From Pseudomonadota bacterium (lineage in GTDB: Bacteria; Pseudomonadota; Alphaproteobacteria; Rhizobiales; Xanthobacteraceae), in the NCBI GenBank assembly GCA_018240625.1, contig JAFEFK010000895.1:1-38291 (forward strand): DNA of 38,291 nt, given 5' to 3'. Under the pieces are notes generated by a model that saw nothing but the letters and a program-made list of their open reading frames with translations, did not search any database and had not been told where the DNA came from. A program made the position numbers and the translations under genes. Below are positions 1-9,940 of this stretch, piece by piece. How positions within the stretch are numbered: the first letter of the stretch is position 1; each line of letters begins with the position of its first letter.

Positions 1-596
1 GGATCGGACTTCAGCGGCAGGGGATCGCCGTTGTGATCCGCAATCGCAAATTTGTAGCGGTCGCCAACCGCCGCGCCGGGCACAAACAACTCCCAATATC
101 CGTTATTTCGGACGCGCATCGGGTGGCGGCGCCGATCCCAAAAATTGAAATCGCCGACGACCGCGACGGCCTTCGCATTCGGTGCGAATACGACGAAGCC
201 GACACCCTCGACGCCGTCCATTGTCATCCGGTGAGCGCCGAGTTTGTCATAGAGCCGCTGGTGGGTACCTTCACCGAGCAGATAGAGGTCGAAGTCGGTC
301 AGGATCGGCGGGAAACGATAGGGATCCTCCAACTCGACTGTGTCGGCCCCATAGCGGGCCCGAAGGCGGTAGCGTTCACCATCATTGGATAAGGCGCCCA
401 GAAAAAGGCCGGCGTCGTGAACGCGCGTTAGCGCGGTTTCGCCGCCTTGCTCGTCGATGACGCGCACCTCGGACGCTTCCGGCAGATAGGCGCGGATCAC
501 CTGACGGTCATTCTCGCGGTGACGGCCAAGGTAATGGAACGGGTCTGAATGCCGCCCCTCGATAATGGCGCGTCCTTCGGAAGAAAGTTCGGTAAT
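1..596 (-). CDS. glgB: 1,4-alpha-glucan branching enzyme, 5' part (runs off the left edge); start codon uncertain (ATT at 596, or first in-frame GTG at 500)
   Basis: Not in the ORF track. Manual minus-strand translation from 596 gives [24 protein letters not shown]...[33 protein letters not shown]...[21 protein letters not shown]...GYWELFVPG...YKF...LKSDP, a typical GlgB N-terminus/CBM48. It lies directly downstream of treS. Confidence 0.93.
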   Translation of the reverse strand, partial: MTELSSEGRAIIEGRHSDPFHYLGRHRENDRQVIRAYLPEASEVRVIDEQGGETALTRVHDAGLFLGALSNDGERYRLRARYGADTVELEDPYRFPPILTDFDLYLLGEGTHQRLYDKLGAHRMTMDGVEGVGFVVFAPNAKAVAVVGDFNFWDRRRHPMRVRNNGYWELFVPGAAVGDRYKFAIADHNGDPLPLKSD

Positions 597-610
597 ACAA
601 GGTTCCGATC

Positions 611-3600
611 TTATTTGCGCAACACGCGGAGTGCACCGCCCAATGCGACACGAAGCCAATCGTGACGGTGCGCCAGTTCGTAGTCGATCTCGTAGAACGC
701 CTTTTCGAGCAGGAAGAATTGCAAGGTTCTATCGGTGCCATCGTCATCCTGTGGCCAGAGCCGGGAATCGGACATCGCCTCGCGATAGGCCGTGAGGAAA
801 GTCTGCGTCGCTTCCTCGCGCCACGCGGACAAAGCGTCACCGAGACGTCCGTCTTCATCCGGGGCGATCTTCAGCGCTCGCTGGTGAGCAGACGTCACTG
901 AATAATCGATCGACCGGATCAGACCGGCGACGTCGCGCGCGGCTGGTGCCTTCATTCGCCGTTCGGCCAGGCTTCGCCGCGGCTCACCCTCGAAATCGAT
1001 GATAAAGATATCATCCCGCACGACGAGAATTTGCCCGAGGTGGAAGTCGCCGTGATGCCGAATATTGTACATCTCAATGTTGGGCGGAAGCAGCTCGGTG
1101 AGCCGTCCGTGCAACATCGTGCGGATGCTCAGCACTTCGTCGGCCAAAAGCCGATCCGCCTCGGGCAACTTGGCGTGAGCGAGGCGGTCGAACGTCTGTT
1201 CGGCGCGAACCATCAGTCGATCGATGACGCGCACGACGTCGGAAGGTGTCATCGGTTCGGGACGGAAGTCCGCGATGTCGTCTCGGCTGGCCAACGCAAC
1301 TTGCATTTCCGCGACCCGTTTGCCGGTTTGCGCCATGTAACGCTGGTAGACGGCTTTTTCCTCGATCGCCGGCGTCGAGTCGCTGGCGTCCATTAGCCGC
1401 TGTTCATCGACGAACCGATCGAGCGCCGCGCTGGTGACCGTCCACGCGTCGCCCTGGTTTCCCACGAAGGAATGGACGATCGCGACAGAGGCCTCTGTAT
1501 CCGGTCCGGATAACTCGACGCTTCCCAACAACGCTGGCGTGTTGGCGAAATTCGCAACATCGGTCAGAAAGCGTCCGACCTCGACCTCCGGATTAATGCC
1601 GTTTTCGAGCTTGCGGTAAAGTTTTACGACGAACTTTTCGTCCACCAGCGCGGTGCTGTTGGATTGCTCGGTCTGCACCGCACGGACGTTGTCGATCGGC
1701 TCGTCTGCGATCGCGGCAAGTCGCCCCGTGGGAACGTAGGCGATCTCCAGATCATGTTCCTTGAAGACCGCACGGTGCCGAAGATTATGGATGATGCCGG
1801 CGATCAGGTCCTTTTCTTGCGCAGCATCGATCAGCGTCCCTTCACGCGAACCTTGCCGGACCGCGGCAATCGCATTCGAATCGTAGTTGTGACGGTCGAT
1901 ACGATCCCATCGAATGCGGATCGGCATCGCATAGCGGCCAGACTGCCCGTGATGGGTGACGTCGAAGATCACCAGCCATGGCCGCGAAATCTGGTCGTCC
2001 ATGAGCGGGATTGCCGCCGGAACCCGCGCAGTGATTGCGTTGGCCGACCGCTCGGGGAACCAGCGCGACCGCGCGAGATGCGAGGGGAGGACATCGCGTT
2101 CGAAAATCGACCGGGTGCGCGCGAGCGACATCCAGGTTGCGCCGAGGGGAACGACCAATGTTTCGTATTCCGGTACGACCATCGGCGCGACATTCGGCGA
2201 GGCCGGCTTCTCCATGAGGCGGAACCAATAGAAGCCGTAGGGGGCCAGCGTGATCAGATACGGCAAATCGCCGATTCCGGGGAAAGTTGTTCGTCCCAAC
2301 ATCTCCTGAGGCGAACGTCCCTTCCAATGCGCCAAGTCAAGTTCTGAGGCTTGTGCCGACCGCGACAGGTTGGCGACGCAGAGCAGGACCTCACCTTCGT
2401 ACTGGCGAAGATATGCAAGCACGCTTCGGTTCGACGAGCGTACGAAAGACATGGTTCCGCGGCCGAATGCGTGGCTGGATTTGCGAACCGAAATCAGTTT
2501 CTTGGTCCAGTTCAGAAGCGATGACAGGCTGCGTGACTGGGCTTCAACGTTGACGGATTCGTAGCCGTAAACGGCATCCATAACGGGAGGCGCATAAAGG
2601 CGCGCGGGGTCGCACCGCGAGAAGCCGCCATTGCGATCCGGCGTCCACTGCATCGGGGTGCGAACGCCGTTGCGGTCGCCGAGATAGATATTATCGCCCA
2701 TCCCGATCTCGTCACCGTAGTAGATGATGGGTGTGCCGGGAAACGACATCAACAGCGAGTTCATCAACTCGATCTTGCGGCGATCGTTATCCATCAAGGG
2801 CGCAAGGCGGCGGCGGATACCAAGATTAATACGTGCGCGGGGATCGGCGGCGTAGGTCGACCAGAGATAGTCCCGCTCGATATCCGTCACCATTTCGAGC
2901 GTCAGTTCGTCGTGGTTACGCAGGAACATCGCCCACTGGCAGTTCGCTGGAATGTCCGGCGTTTGACGCAGGATATCGGTGATCGGAAAACGGTCCTCCT
3001 GCGCGATCGCCATATAAATCCGCGGCATCAGCGGAAAATGATAGGCCATATGGCATTCGTCTGCGTCGCCGAAGTAGGATTGAACATCTTCCGGCCATTG
3101 GTTGGCTTCGGCGAGCAGCACCTTGCCCTTGGCATACGCATCAAGCTCGGAGCGGATGTGTTTGATGACCGCATGAGTCTCGGGAAGATTCTCGTTGTTG
3201 GTGCCGTCGCGCTCGCAGAGATATGGAATGGCATCAAGCCGGAAGCCGTCGACGCCTGCGTCGAGCCAGCGCTTCATGACCTGTACGACGGCGCTGACCA
3301 CGCGAGGATTGTCGAAATTCAGGTCAGGCTGATGCGAAAAGAACCGGTGCCAGTAGTAGGCGTTGGCTTCGGCATCCCAGGCCCAGTTGGATTTTTCGGT
3401 ATCGGTAAAGATGATCCGGGTTTCCTGGTATTTCTTGTCGGTATCGCTCCAGACGTACCAGTTGCGCGCGCTTGATCCCGGCGGACTGCGTTGCGCGCGC
3501 TTGAACCATTTGTGCTGGTCGGACGTGTGGTTGATGACCAGTTCCGTGATGACCCGGAGGCCGCGTCGTTTTGCTTCGGAGATGAGGCGCCGGAACTCCT

Positions 3601-3877
3601 TCATGGTGCCGAAGTCGGGATTGATCGAGCCGTAATCGGCAATGTCGTATCCGTCGTCACGCCCTGGAGATGGATAAAATGGCAGCAGCCACAGCGTCGT
3701 GACCCCCAATTCCTGAAGATAATCGAGCTTGTTGGTCAGGCCGGCGAAGTCGCCGATGCCATCATTGTTGCTGTCGGCAAAAGCTTTCACATGCAGCTGA
3801 TAGATGATGGCATCCTTGTACCAAAGGTCATCCGCCTCTACGTGTTTGTCCGCCTCGATATGAGTCATCTCATTCAT
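611..3877 (-). CDS. treS: Trehalose synthase (maltose alpha-D-glucosyltransferase) fused to maltokinase (TreS-Mak/Pep2)
   Basis: GH13 motifs [44 protein letters not shown]-terminal kinase motifs [33 protein letters not shown] at 3877 preferred over GTG at 3886. Confidence 0.95.
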   Translation of the reverse strand: MNEMTHIEADKHVEADDLWYKDAIIYQLHVKAFADSNNDGIGDFAGLTNKLDYLQELGVTTLWLLPFYPSPGRDDGYDIADYGSINPDFGTMKEFRRLISEAKRRGLRVITELVINHTSDQHKWFKRAQRSPPGSSARNWYVWSDTDKKYQETRIIFTDTEKSNWAWDAEANAYYWHRFFSHQPDLNFDNPRVVSAVVQVMKRWLDAGVDGFRLDAIPYLCERDGTNNENLPETHAVIKHIRSELDAYAKGKVLLAEANQWPEDVQSYFGDADECHMAYHFPLMPRIYMAIAQEDRFPITDILRQTPDIPANCQWAMFLRNHDELTLEMVTDIERDYLWSTYAADPRARINLGIRRRLAPLMDNDRRKIELMNSLLMSFPGTPIIYYGDEIGMGDNIYLGDRNGVRTPMQWTPDRNGGFSRCDPARLYAPPVMDAVYGYESVNVEAQSRSLSSLLNWTKKLISVRKSSHAFGRGTMSFVRSSNRSVLAYLRQYEGEVLLCVANLSRSAQASELDLAHWKGRSPQEMLGRTTFPGIGDLPYLITLAPYGFYWFRLMEKPASPNVAPMVVPEYETLVVPLGATWMSLARTRSIFERDVLPSHLARSRWFPERSANAITARVPAAIPLMDDQISRPWLVIFDVTHHGQSGRYAMPIRIRWDRIDRHNYDSNAIAAVRQGSREGTLIDAAQEKDLIAGIIHNLRHRAVFKEHDLEIAYVPTGRLAAIADEPIDNVRAVQTEQSNSTALVDEKFVVKLYRKLENGINPEVEVGRFLTDVANFANTPALLGSVELSGPDTEASVAIVHSFVGNQGDAWTVTSAALDRFVDEQRLMDASDSTPAIEEKAVYQRYMAQTGKRVAEMQVALASRDDIADFRPEPMTPSDVVRVIDRLMVRAEQTFDRLAHAKLPEADRLLADEVLSIRTMLHGRLTELLPPNIEMYNIRHHGDFHLGQILVVRDDIFIIDFEGEPRRSLAERRMKAPAARDVAGLIRSIDYSVTSAHQRALKIAPDEDGRLGDALSAWREEATQTFLTAYREAMSDSRLWPQDDDGTDRTLQFFLLEKAFYEIDYELAHRHDWLRVALGGALRVLRK

Positions 3878-3886
3878 GCTGTGCAC

Positions 3887-5860
3887 TCAAGCCAGACAGC
3901 GAAACAAAAGCGCGGGATCTCGCAATGGATCGATCCTCAGGCGGACGCCGCCCCATTCGATGGCATGACGTTCGCTGGTCATGAGGTTTTCCAGCGCGAC
4001 CGGAGCGCGCGGTCCAAGGGCGGTTTGGATTTGGATTGAGTCCAACGGAAGCCAGATGTCGCAGGCGTCGCGCGTGATCGCGATGGCGCCGACGACCGTA
4101 TTGCCGCCGTCGGTGGATTGTTTGGCGAAGGCGACGATCTGATCGTTGTCGATGGCCAAGAATTTCAGGTTGCGGGTTTGTAGCAAAGCCGGATTAGCGC
4201 GGCGCGCCTGATTGAGCTCGGTAATGTAGGTCTTGATGTTGCCTGGCGCATTCCAATCGCGGGTTCTGATCTCGTACTTTTCCGAGTTGAGATACTCCTC
4301 TTTGCCGGGAATTGCCTCGTGCTCCAGCAACTCGAAGCCGTTATAGATTCCGTAATTGCTCGACAACGCCGCCGCCAGCGCCACGCGGGACTTGAACATC
4401 CAGGATTCGCCGCTCTGCAGGTGATAGGGCAGGATGTCCGGCGTGCTGACAAAGAAGTTGGGCCGGTAATAGTCGCGCTCGGGATATCCCGTCAGTTCGT
4501 TGAGATAGGATTCGATCTCCCATTTCTGGGTGCGCCAGGTGAAGTAAGTGTAGGATTGCGAGAAACCGAGCTTCGCCAGCCCTTTCATCACCTTCGGCCG
4601 TGTGAATGCCTCGGCGAGAAAGATCACGCCGGGATCCGCGGCTTGCACTTCCTTGATCAGCCATTCCCAGAAATGCAGCGGCTTAGTGTGCGGATTGTCG
4701 ATACGGAAGATGCGGACACCCTGGTTGACCCAGAACAGGATCACGTCGCGCAACGCGTTCCATAGCGAGCCGGCATCGTCGCAATTGAAATCGGGATTGA
4801 CGATGTCTTCGTACTTTTTCGGCGGGTTCTCCGCATAGCGCATCGAGCCGTCGGGACGCCGCTTGAACCAGTCCGGATGCTGCGTCAGCCATGGATGATC
4901 GGGCGAGCACTGCACGGCGATGTCGAGCGCGATCTCCAATCCATGCGCCTTGCAAGCGGAAACGAGATCGCGAAAATCGTCGAAGGTTCCGAGATCGGGG
5001 TGAATCGCATCGTGTCCGCCTTCGCGAGCGCCGATGGCGTAGGGACTACCCGGATCGCCCTCGGTCGAGGTGAGCGAATTGTTGCGTCCCTTGCGGTTGA
5101 TCCGGCCGATCGGATGAATCGGCGTGAAGTAAAGCACGTCGAATCCCATCGCGGCGATATCGGGGAGGCGTGCGATGCAGTCGCGGAAGGTGCCATGTTG
5201 TCCGGGAACGCTGCTCTGGCTGCGCGGGACCATCTCGTACCATGCTCCCGCTACCGCCAAGCCGCGGTCGACCGTCAGTGGGTAAAGCTGCGATCGCGTG
5301 AGGTCGTTGCGTTCGCGGCCCTCGCGCATGGCGCCTGCCAATTCTGGCACGAGCAGGCTCTCGGGATCGCCGCTTCGCAGATATTCCTCGCACTGGCGGA
5401 CGATGGTGGCTGTCGAATCGGCGCTGCCGTACTGCGCACGCGTCAGCAGGGCGGCTCCTTCGAGCGCATCAAGGGCGACGTCCTGCCCAGCCTTCTGCTT
5501 CAGCTCAAAACCGTGCTTCCAGGTCGCGAATTCATCGGTCCAGGCCTCGATGGCGTAGACATAGCGGCCGGGTTCTTTCGGCGTGAAGCTGCCAGACCAG
5601 CGGTCGTTTTCGTGAAGGGTCATCGGCGACCGGTGCCAATCGCGATCTTCCTCGCGCCGCCAGATGAGTTGCGAGGCGATAATGTCGTGACCGCTTCGGA
5701 AGATATCCGCCCAGACGTCAATAGCTTCGCCTACAGGTCGCTTGACCGGAAATCGGCCAGCGTCGATGCAGGGGTACACATTCTCGATATGAAAGGCGCC
5801 AGCCGTCGCACCGCGCTCGCCTGCCCGCAATGGCATGTTTTTCTGCGTCGATACCGACAT
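3887..5860 (-). CDS. glgE: Alpha-1,4-glucan:maltose-1-phosphate maltosyltransferase
   Basis: WYEMVPRS, PIHPIG..NRKGRNN, YAENPPKKYEDI, FRIDNPHTKP, LAEAFT, NSEKYEIR; adjacent to treS-mak and glgB. Confidence 0.95.
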   Translation of the reverse strand: MSVSTQKNMPLRAGERGATAGAFHIENVYPCIDAGRFPVKRPVGEAIDVWADIFRSGHDIIASQLIWRREEDRDWHRSPMTLHENDRWSGSFTPKEPGRYVYAIEAWTDEFATWKHGFELKQKAGQDVALDALEGAALLTRAQYGSADSTATIVRQCEEYLRSGDPESLLVPELAGAMREGRERNDLTRSQLYPLTVDRGLAVAGAWYEMVPRSQSSVPGQHGTFRDCIARLPDIAAMGFDVLYFTPIHPIGRINRKGRNNSLTSTEGDPGSPYAIGAREGGHDAIHPDLGTFDDFRDLVSACKAHGLEIALDIAVQCSPDHPWLTQHPDWFKRRPDGSMRYAENPPKKYEDIVNPDFNCDDAGSLWNALRDVILFWVNQGVRIFRIDNPHTKPLHFWEWLIKEVQAADPGVIFLAEAFTRPKVMKGLAKLGFSQSYTYFTWRTQKWEIESYLNELTGYPERDYYRPNFFVSTPDILPYHLQSGESWMFKSRVALAAALSSNYGIYNGFELLEHEAIPGKEEYLNSEKYEIRTRDWNAPGNIKTYITELNQARRANPALLQTRNLKFLAIDNDQIVAFAKQSTDGGNTVVGAIAITRDACDIWLPLDSIQIQTALGPRAPVALENLMTSERHAIEWGGVRLRIDPLRDPALLFRCLA

Positions 5861-5902
5861 CAAGCGCTGCCAATCCAGTTATGAATGAAGACCCGTTGCT
5901 TT

Positions 5903-5927
5903 AACACTCGCGCTGCGGCAAAGTTCC
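5903..5927 (-). promoter_or_regulatory. Putative sigma-EcfG (general stress ECF sigma) promoter for glgE-treS-glgB
   Basis: Minus strand GGAAC(5927-5923)-N16-TGTT(5906-5903), about 40 nt upstream of the glgE start; matches the alphaproteobacterial EcfG consensus GGAAC-N16/17-(C)GTT. Confidence 0.7.
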
Positions 5928-5931
5928 CTAT

Positions 5932-5956
5932 GGAACCGCGAGTGCGCCGGCGCGTT
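5932..5956 (+). promoter_or_regulatory. Putative sigma-EcfG promoter for malQ
   Basis: GGAAC(5932-5936)-N16-CGTT(5953-5956), an exact consensus match, about 60 nt upstream of the malQ ATG. Confidence 0.78.
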
Positions 5957-6018
5957 AGTTCTCTCCCGGGGAAACACAACCCAAGCGAGACCTTTGAATG
6001 CTTGCCCAGATTTGAGGC

Positions 6019-7968
6019 ATGACAATGGATGTTTACTCCAAAGCTCGCGACCTTGGCATCGAACTGGAATTTCAGGATGGGCAGGGCCACCGTCACGCGG
6101 TGAGTGCGGAGCGTGTGCGCGCTATTCTTGATGGTCTGCCGCCTCCTGCGCGACATCCTTACCTGAAACAACCGGTGATTTTCGCAGCTAACTCCGGCGA
6201 TTTTCCCGTCGCAATTGATCCGGCAGCGAACGGGATACGCTGGCAACTCCGCGATCATGGCAAGGTGCTCGCGTGCGGTCGCGTCGCTGATGCGACGATC
6301 GATCTGCCGCGATCGATTGAAATGGGCACCTATCGGCTGGAGCTTGAAGACGATAGCGGCAACACAATCGATTCAGCGACCTTGCTGGTGACGCCGCCGG
6401 CAGCATATCAAGGGTCGTTCGATCGGGTATGGGTGCTGTCGGTTCAGTTGTACGGTTTGTCGTCATCGCGTAACTGGGGGATTGGCGATTTCACGGATCT
6501 CGCCGCGCTGCTCGAATTAAGTACAGATTGGGGATGCGCGGGCATTGGGCTCAACCCTTTGCATGCGCTGTTTGATGATCGCCCTCGCGAATGCAGCCCC
6601 TACGCACCGAACAGCCGGCTGTTTCTTAATCCGCTCTACATTGATCCAGAGCGGCTGCCGGATTTTCCGCGCGGGTGGTTGGCGCAGCATCGCGAAAAAC
6701 TCGATGTTGCCCGCAACGGTGAACTGGTCGATTACGTTGCTGTTGCGGAACTGAAATTCGCCGCTCTCAGGCATGCGTTTTCGTTGTTCGATGGTGGAAG
6801 CGCGGGGCATGACGAATTCGACGCCTTCAGGCAGGAGCGCGGCGAGCTGCTCCAACGCTTTGCCTGCTTTGAAGTGCTCCGAAAGCAATTTGGCCCATTG
6901 CCGTGGTGGCAATGGCCGGAGGAGTGGCGCCGTCCCGACGATGTGCAAATTCAAGCTTTCCGAAACGGTCCGCTACGTGACGAAGTTGAGTTCGTCGAGT
7001 TCGTGCAGTGGGGCGCGGCAACTCAACTGAAATCATGCGCCGACCTTGCAGACGAATGCGAAATGGCTGTCGGGCTTTATCTCGATGTCGCAGTCGGTGT
7101 TCAGGCCAGCGGGTTTGATGCATGGAACGAGCAGGGTGCTATCTCGCGCGGGCTTTCCGTTGGCGCCCCTCCCGATCAACTCAACACGGATGGACAGGAT
7201 TGGGGGCTTGCAGGATTCAATGCGAGCGGGCTCGAGGCGAGCGACTACGCGCCGTTCCGGGAGATGCTGCGAGCCTCGATGCGATTCGCCGGCGCTATAC
7301 GGCTCGACCACGTTCTCGGTCTCAATCGGCTCTATTTAATTCCGTCAGGTTCATCGCCACACGATGGTGTCTATGTGGAGATGCCATTGGCGGCGTTACT
7401 GGCCGTCATCGCGCAGGAAAGTGTCAGTCAAAACTGCATTACGATCGGAGAAGACCTCGGAACTGTGCCGGCTGGCTTTCGCGACATCCTCGCTAAATGG
7501 GGTGTGTGGTCTTACAAGGTGATGATGTTCGAGCGCGGCCACGATGGCGCGTTTATCGGTTCGTCGGATTATGCGGAAAATGCGCTTGTTACCTTTAACA
7601 CGCACGACCTCGCGTCTTTTGCAGGCTGGCAATCGCATCACGATCTCAATGTTAAACGTGAACTCGGCATGGATCCCGGCGAGACGGACGAGCAGCGGGC
7701 GCAGGCGGTGCGATCGTTCGAATGGAAGCTTGGAGAGGAGCACATCGCGCCCAGGGATTTCTTCGGCGCCGTTGAGTTTCTCGCACACTCTCCATCACGC
7801 ATTCTTGCGATTTCGATCGACGATCTTCTGGGATTGAAGGATCAGCCGAACATTCCGGGCACCGTGGATGAGCATCCCAACTGGCGCCGGCGGCTCCCGG
7901 TTGATCTGAATGATTTGACCCGTCGCATCGACATTGATGCGTTTCGGCGAGCGCTGCGCACTCGCTGA
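6019..7968 (+). CDS. malQ: 4-alpha-glucanotransferase (amylomaltase, GH77)
   Basis: QLYGL...WGIGDF, SPYAPNSR, LYLDVAVG, GAPPD, GQDWGL, IRLDHVLG, GEDLGTVP, THD, QPNIPGT..EHPNWRRRLP. Confidence 0.95.
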   Translation: MTMDVYSKARDLGIELEFQDGQGHRHAVSAERVRAILDGLPPPARHPYLKQPVIFAANSGDFPVAIDPAANGIRWQLRDHGKVLACGRVADATIDLPRSIEMGTYRLELEDDSGNTIDSATLLVTPPAAYQGSFDRVWVLSVQLYGLSSSRNWGIGDFTDLAALLELSTDWGCAGIGLNPLHALFDDRPRECSPYAPNSRLFLNPLYIDPERLPDFPRGWLAQHREKLDVARNGELVDYVAVAELKFAALRHAFSLFDGGSAGHDEFDAFRQERGELLQRFACFEVLRKQFGPLPWWQWPEEWRRPDDVQIQAFRNGPLRDEVEFVEFVQWGAATQLKSCADLADECEMAVGLYLDVAVGVQASGFDAWNEQGAISRGLSVGAPPDQLNTDGQDWGLAGFNASGLEASDYAPFREMLRASMRFAGAIRLDHVLGLNRLYLIPSGSSPHDGVYVEMPLAALLAVIAQESVSQNCITIGEDLGTVPAGFRDILAKWGVWSYKVMMFERGHDGAFIGSSDYAENALVTFNTHDLASFAGWQSHHDLNVKRELGMDPGETDEQRAQAVRSFEWKLGEEHIAPRDFFGAVEFLAHSPSRILAISIDDLLGLKDQPNIPGTVDEHPNWRRRLPVDLNDLTRRIDIDAFRRALRTR

Positions 7969-8116
7969 AATTTTGTTTTTGTCCAGTTGGTCCTTGGGGG
8001 AGGCTCAAGTGCTCCCTTCGGCCAAAGCCGTAGCTCATCCTGCGTTGTTGGCGTTCGGCAGGCGTCGCGTTCTCATATCCGCGGCATGCCAGAAGACCGT
8101 GCTTCCTCTCTCTGTC

Positions 8117-8257
8117 CTATCCCCGCGCACGCATGGTATCGAGAGTTGCCGCAAGGCGTCTGGAGGTCGCTGCCGTAACAACCGATGTCCGAAATCTCAT
8201 GTCGTCGTTCAGGATCAGCAGGATATTGGGACTACCGGTTTTTGTGCCGTTGAGCAT
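8117..8257 (-). pseudogene. Arylsulfatase/sulfatase N-terminal remnant (frameshifted, truncated)
   Basis: GAGGG RBS, then ATG at 8257: MLNGTKTGSPNILLILNDDMRF. After a 1-nt frameshift near 8192 it reads DIGCYGSDLQTP. This matches the sulfatase start motif PNILLILxDDMGFSDIGCYGxEIxTP; similarity ends near 8154. Confidence 0.8.
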
Positions 8258-8419
8258 TTTGTGCCCTCGTTTTGTCGTGCGGTCTTGTCAGGAATGGCGG
8301 CGCGTCAGGCGGAAATATTTTGGCAGGCAGACTGCGCGCAATAATTCAAGCGCCCGTCCGAGCCGAGGGCAGGCGCGGTTCACCCGGCCGCTCTCGTCCA
8401 GGTGGGCGGGCCGTCGTCG

Positions 8420-8447
8420 TTTCGTTTTTCCTATCGGCGGCTTCGAT
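8420..8447 (+). promoter_or_regulatory. Putative LysR-type operator upstream of the amidohydrolase pair
   Basis: TTTCGTTTTTCCTAT-N7-TTCG contains T-N11-A and the dyad ATCG-N7-CGAT (8433-8447); a near-identical motif occurs at 13143-13169. Confidence 0.6.
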
Positions 8448-8559
8448 CAATCGGAGTTAGCGGCTTTTTCCCGCTTCAACTAACGTTTGAGTGCCGCGGC
8501 TCGATCGGCAGTCACCGTTCGGATCGCTGCCGTGGATTGGCCTGCTTGTTACCAGAGAG

Positions 8560-9918
8560 ATGACAATGACTGACAAAGTCTTCCAAGGAACGGTTGTTCT
8601 GCCCGATCGGATCATCGACAACGGTTACGTTCTGGCGGGCGACGGGATGGTGCAATCGGTCGGGTCGGGCGGCGTGCCGGCCGGCGAAAAGCACGGCGGC
8701 CCGGGATTTTTCGTGTTTCCCGGCGCGATCGACGCGCAAACTCACAGCCGCAGCCAGCTTGGACAAGAGGACTTCATCTGGTCGACGCGTAGCGCGGCGG
8801 CCGGCGGCGTTACGACGATCGTCGACATGCCCTACGACGACAACTGCCTGATCGCGACGGCCGAGCGATTCCGAACCAAGGCGAAGGAAGCGGGCGCGCA
8901 GGCGCGCGTCGACTTCGCACTCTACGCGACGATTGACCCTGAGGAGGGCGCTGCCCGGATCGACGAGCTGGTCGATGCCGGCGCAGCGGCCTTCAAGTTC
9001 TCGACCTTCGGCACACACCCGACGCGCTTTCCGCGGATTTCGCCGCACATGCTGTATGAAAGCTTTTGCGCCGTCGGGCGGCGGGGGCTGATCGCCGGCA
9101 TTCATAACGAGAATGACGAGATGGTCCGCGCCTTCATGGCGGATGTCGAGGCCAAGGGCATCACCGACTACACCGCGCACGGACTTTCGCGACCACCGAT
9201 TTCCGAAGCGCTGGCGACGGCCGAGGTGTATGAGCTTGGCGCAGGAGCAGGCTGCCCGGTGCATATCGTTCACAGCTCGATCGGGCGCGGCTATGAGCTC
9301 GCCGCAGCCTATCGCGCGCAGGGACACGGCGCGACCATCGAAGCCTGCGTTCATTATCTGACGCTCGATGAGGACAACGACGTCCGCCGTCTCGGCGGCA
9401 AGGCCAAAATCAATCCGCCGCTGCGGCCGCGCCGCGAGGTCGAAGCGCTGTGGCATCATCTGGCCGCCGGCAATGTTACGATCGTTTCGACCGATCATGT
9501 GAGCTGGTCGGAAGACCGCAAGACCGATCCAAACATGCTGAAGAATTCGTCGGGCATTCCCGGTCTCGAAGCGCTGTATGCGCTACTTTTGAAGGGACTG
9601 GATGAGCGCAAGCTGTCTCTCAGTCATGCCGCGCGCCTGCTAGCTCACAATCCCGCTGCGCTGTTCCGGATAACGCACGCCAAGGGCGCGCTAGAGGTCG
9701 GCCGCGATGCCGATGTGGTGCTGATGCGGCGCGATCCCTATCGCTACAACGCGGCGGCCAGCGGCAACAATTTCGTGTCGTGGAGCCCGTATGACGGGAT
9801 CGAACTGCCGTTCCGCGTCGTTGAAACCTATCTGCGCGGCGCGTGCGTCGCAGCCGACGGCCGTGTGCTCGGCGAACCCGGGCAAGGCCGGTTTGTCAGC
9901 CCACGCCGTGTTCAATAG
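8560..9918 (+). CDS. Cyclic amidohydrolase (dihydroorotase/allantoinase/hydantoinase family); candidate hydantoin-propionate hydrolase
   Basis: PGAIDAQTH, SAAAGGVTTIVDMP, FKFS, IHNEND, HIVHSS, KINPPLR, STDH, GRDADVV. Start at ATG 8560 or 8566 after AGAGAG, rather than GTG 8491. Confidence 0.85.
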   Translation: MTMTDKVFQGTVVLPDRIIDNGYVLAGDGMVQSVGSGGVPAGEKHGGPGFFVFPGAIDAQTHSRSQLGQEDFIWSTRSAAAGGVTTIVDMPYDDNCLIATAERFRTKAKEAGAQARVDFALYATIDPEEGAARIDELVDAGAAAFKFSTFGTHPTRFPRISPHMLYESFCAVGRRGLIAGIHNENDEMVRAFMADVEAKGITDYTAHGLSRPPISEALATAEVYELGAGAGCPVHIVHSSIGRGYELAAAYRAQGHGATIEACVHYLTLDEDNDVRRLGGKAKINPPLRPRREVEALWHHLAAGNVTIVSTDHVSWSEDRKTDPNMLKNSSGIPGLEALYALLLKGLDERKLSLSHAARLLAHNPAALFRITHAKGALEVGRDADVVLMRRDPYRYNAAASGNNFVSWSPYDGIELPFRVVETYLRGACVAADGRVLGEPGQGRFVSPRRVQ

Positions 9919-9940
9919 CCGTGTTCGTCAGGCCCGGACG

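Noticed and set aside
33-392. Plus-strand 119-aa ORF
   Set aside because: Antisense to glgB, which clearly occupies the minus strand.
7978-7995. GTCCAGT match to the reverse complement of the dusA 5' region as a possible att site
   Set aside because: Only 7 bp and inverted; expected by chance.
8320-8336. Sigma54-like TTGGCAGGCAGACTGCG (GG-N10-GC)
   Set aside because: Deviates from TGGCAC/TTGC, lies upstream of the putative LysR site, and no enhancer-binding protein is encoded in the window.
7934-8483. Plus-strand ORFs of 62-136 aa between malQ and the amidohydrolase
   Set aside because: No motifs or RBS; the region is better explained by the minus-strand sulfatase remnant and regulatory DNA.
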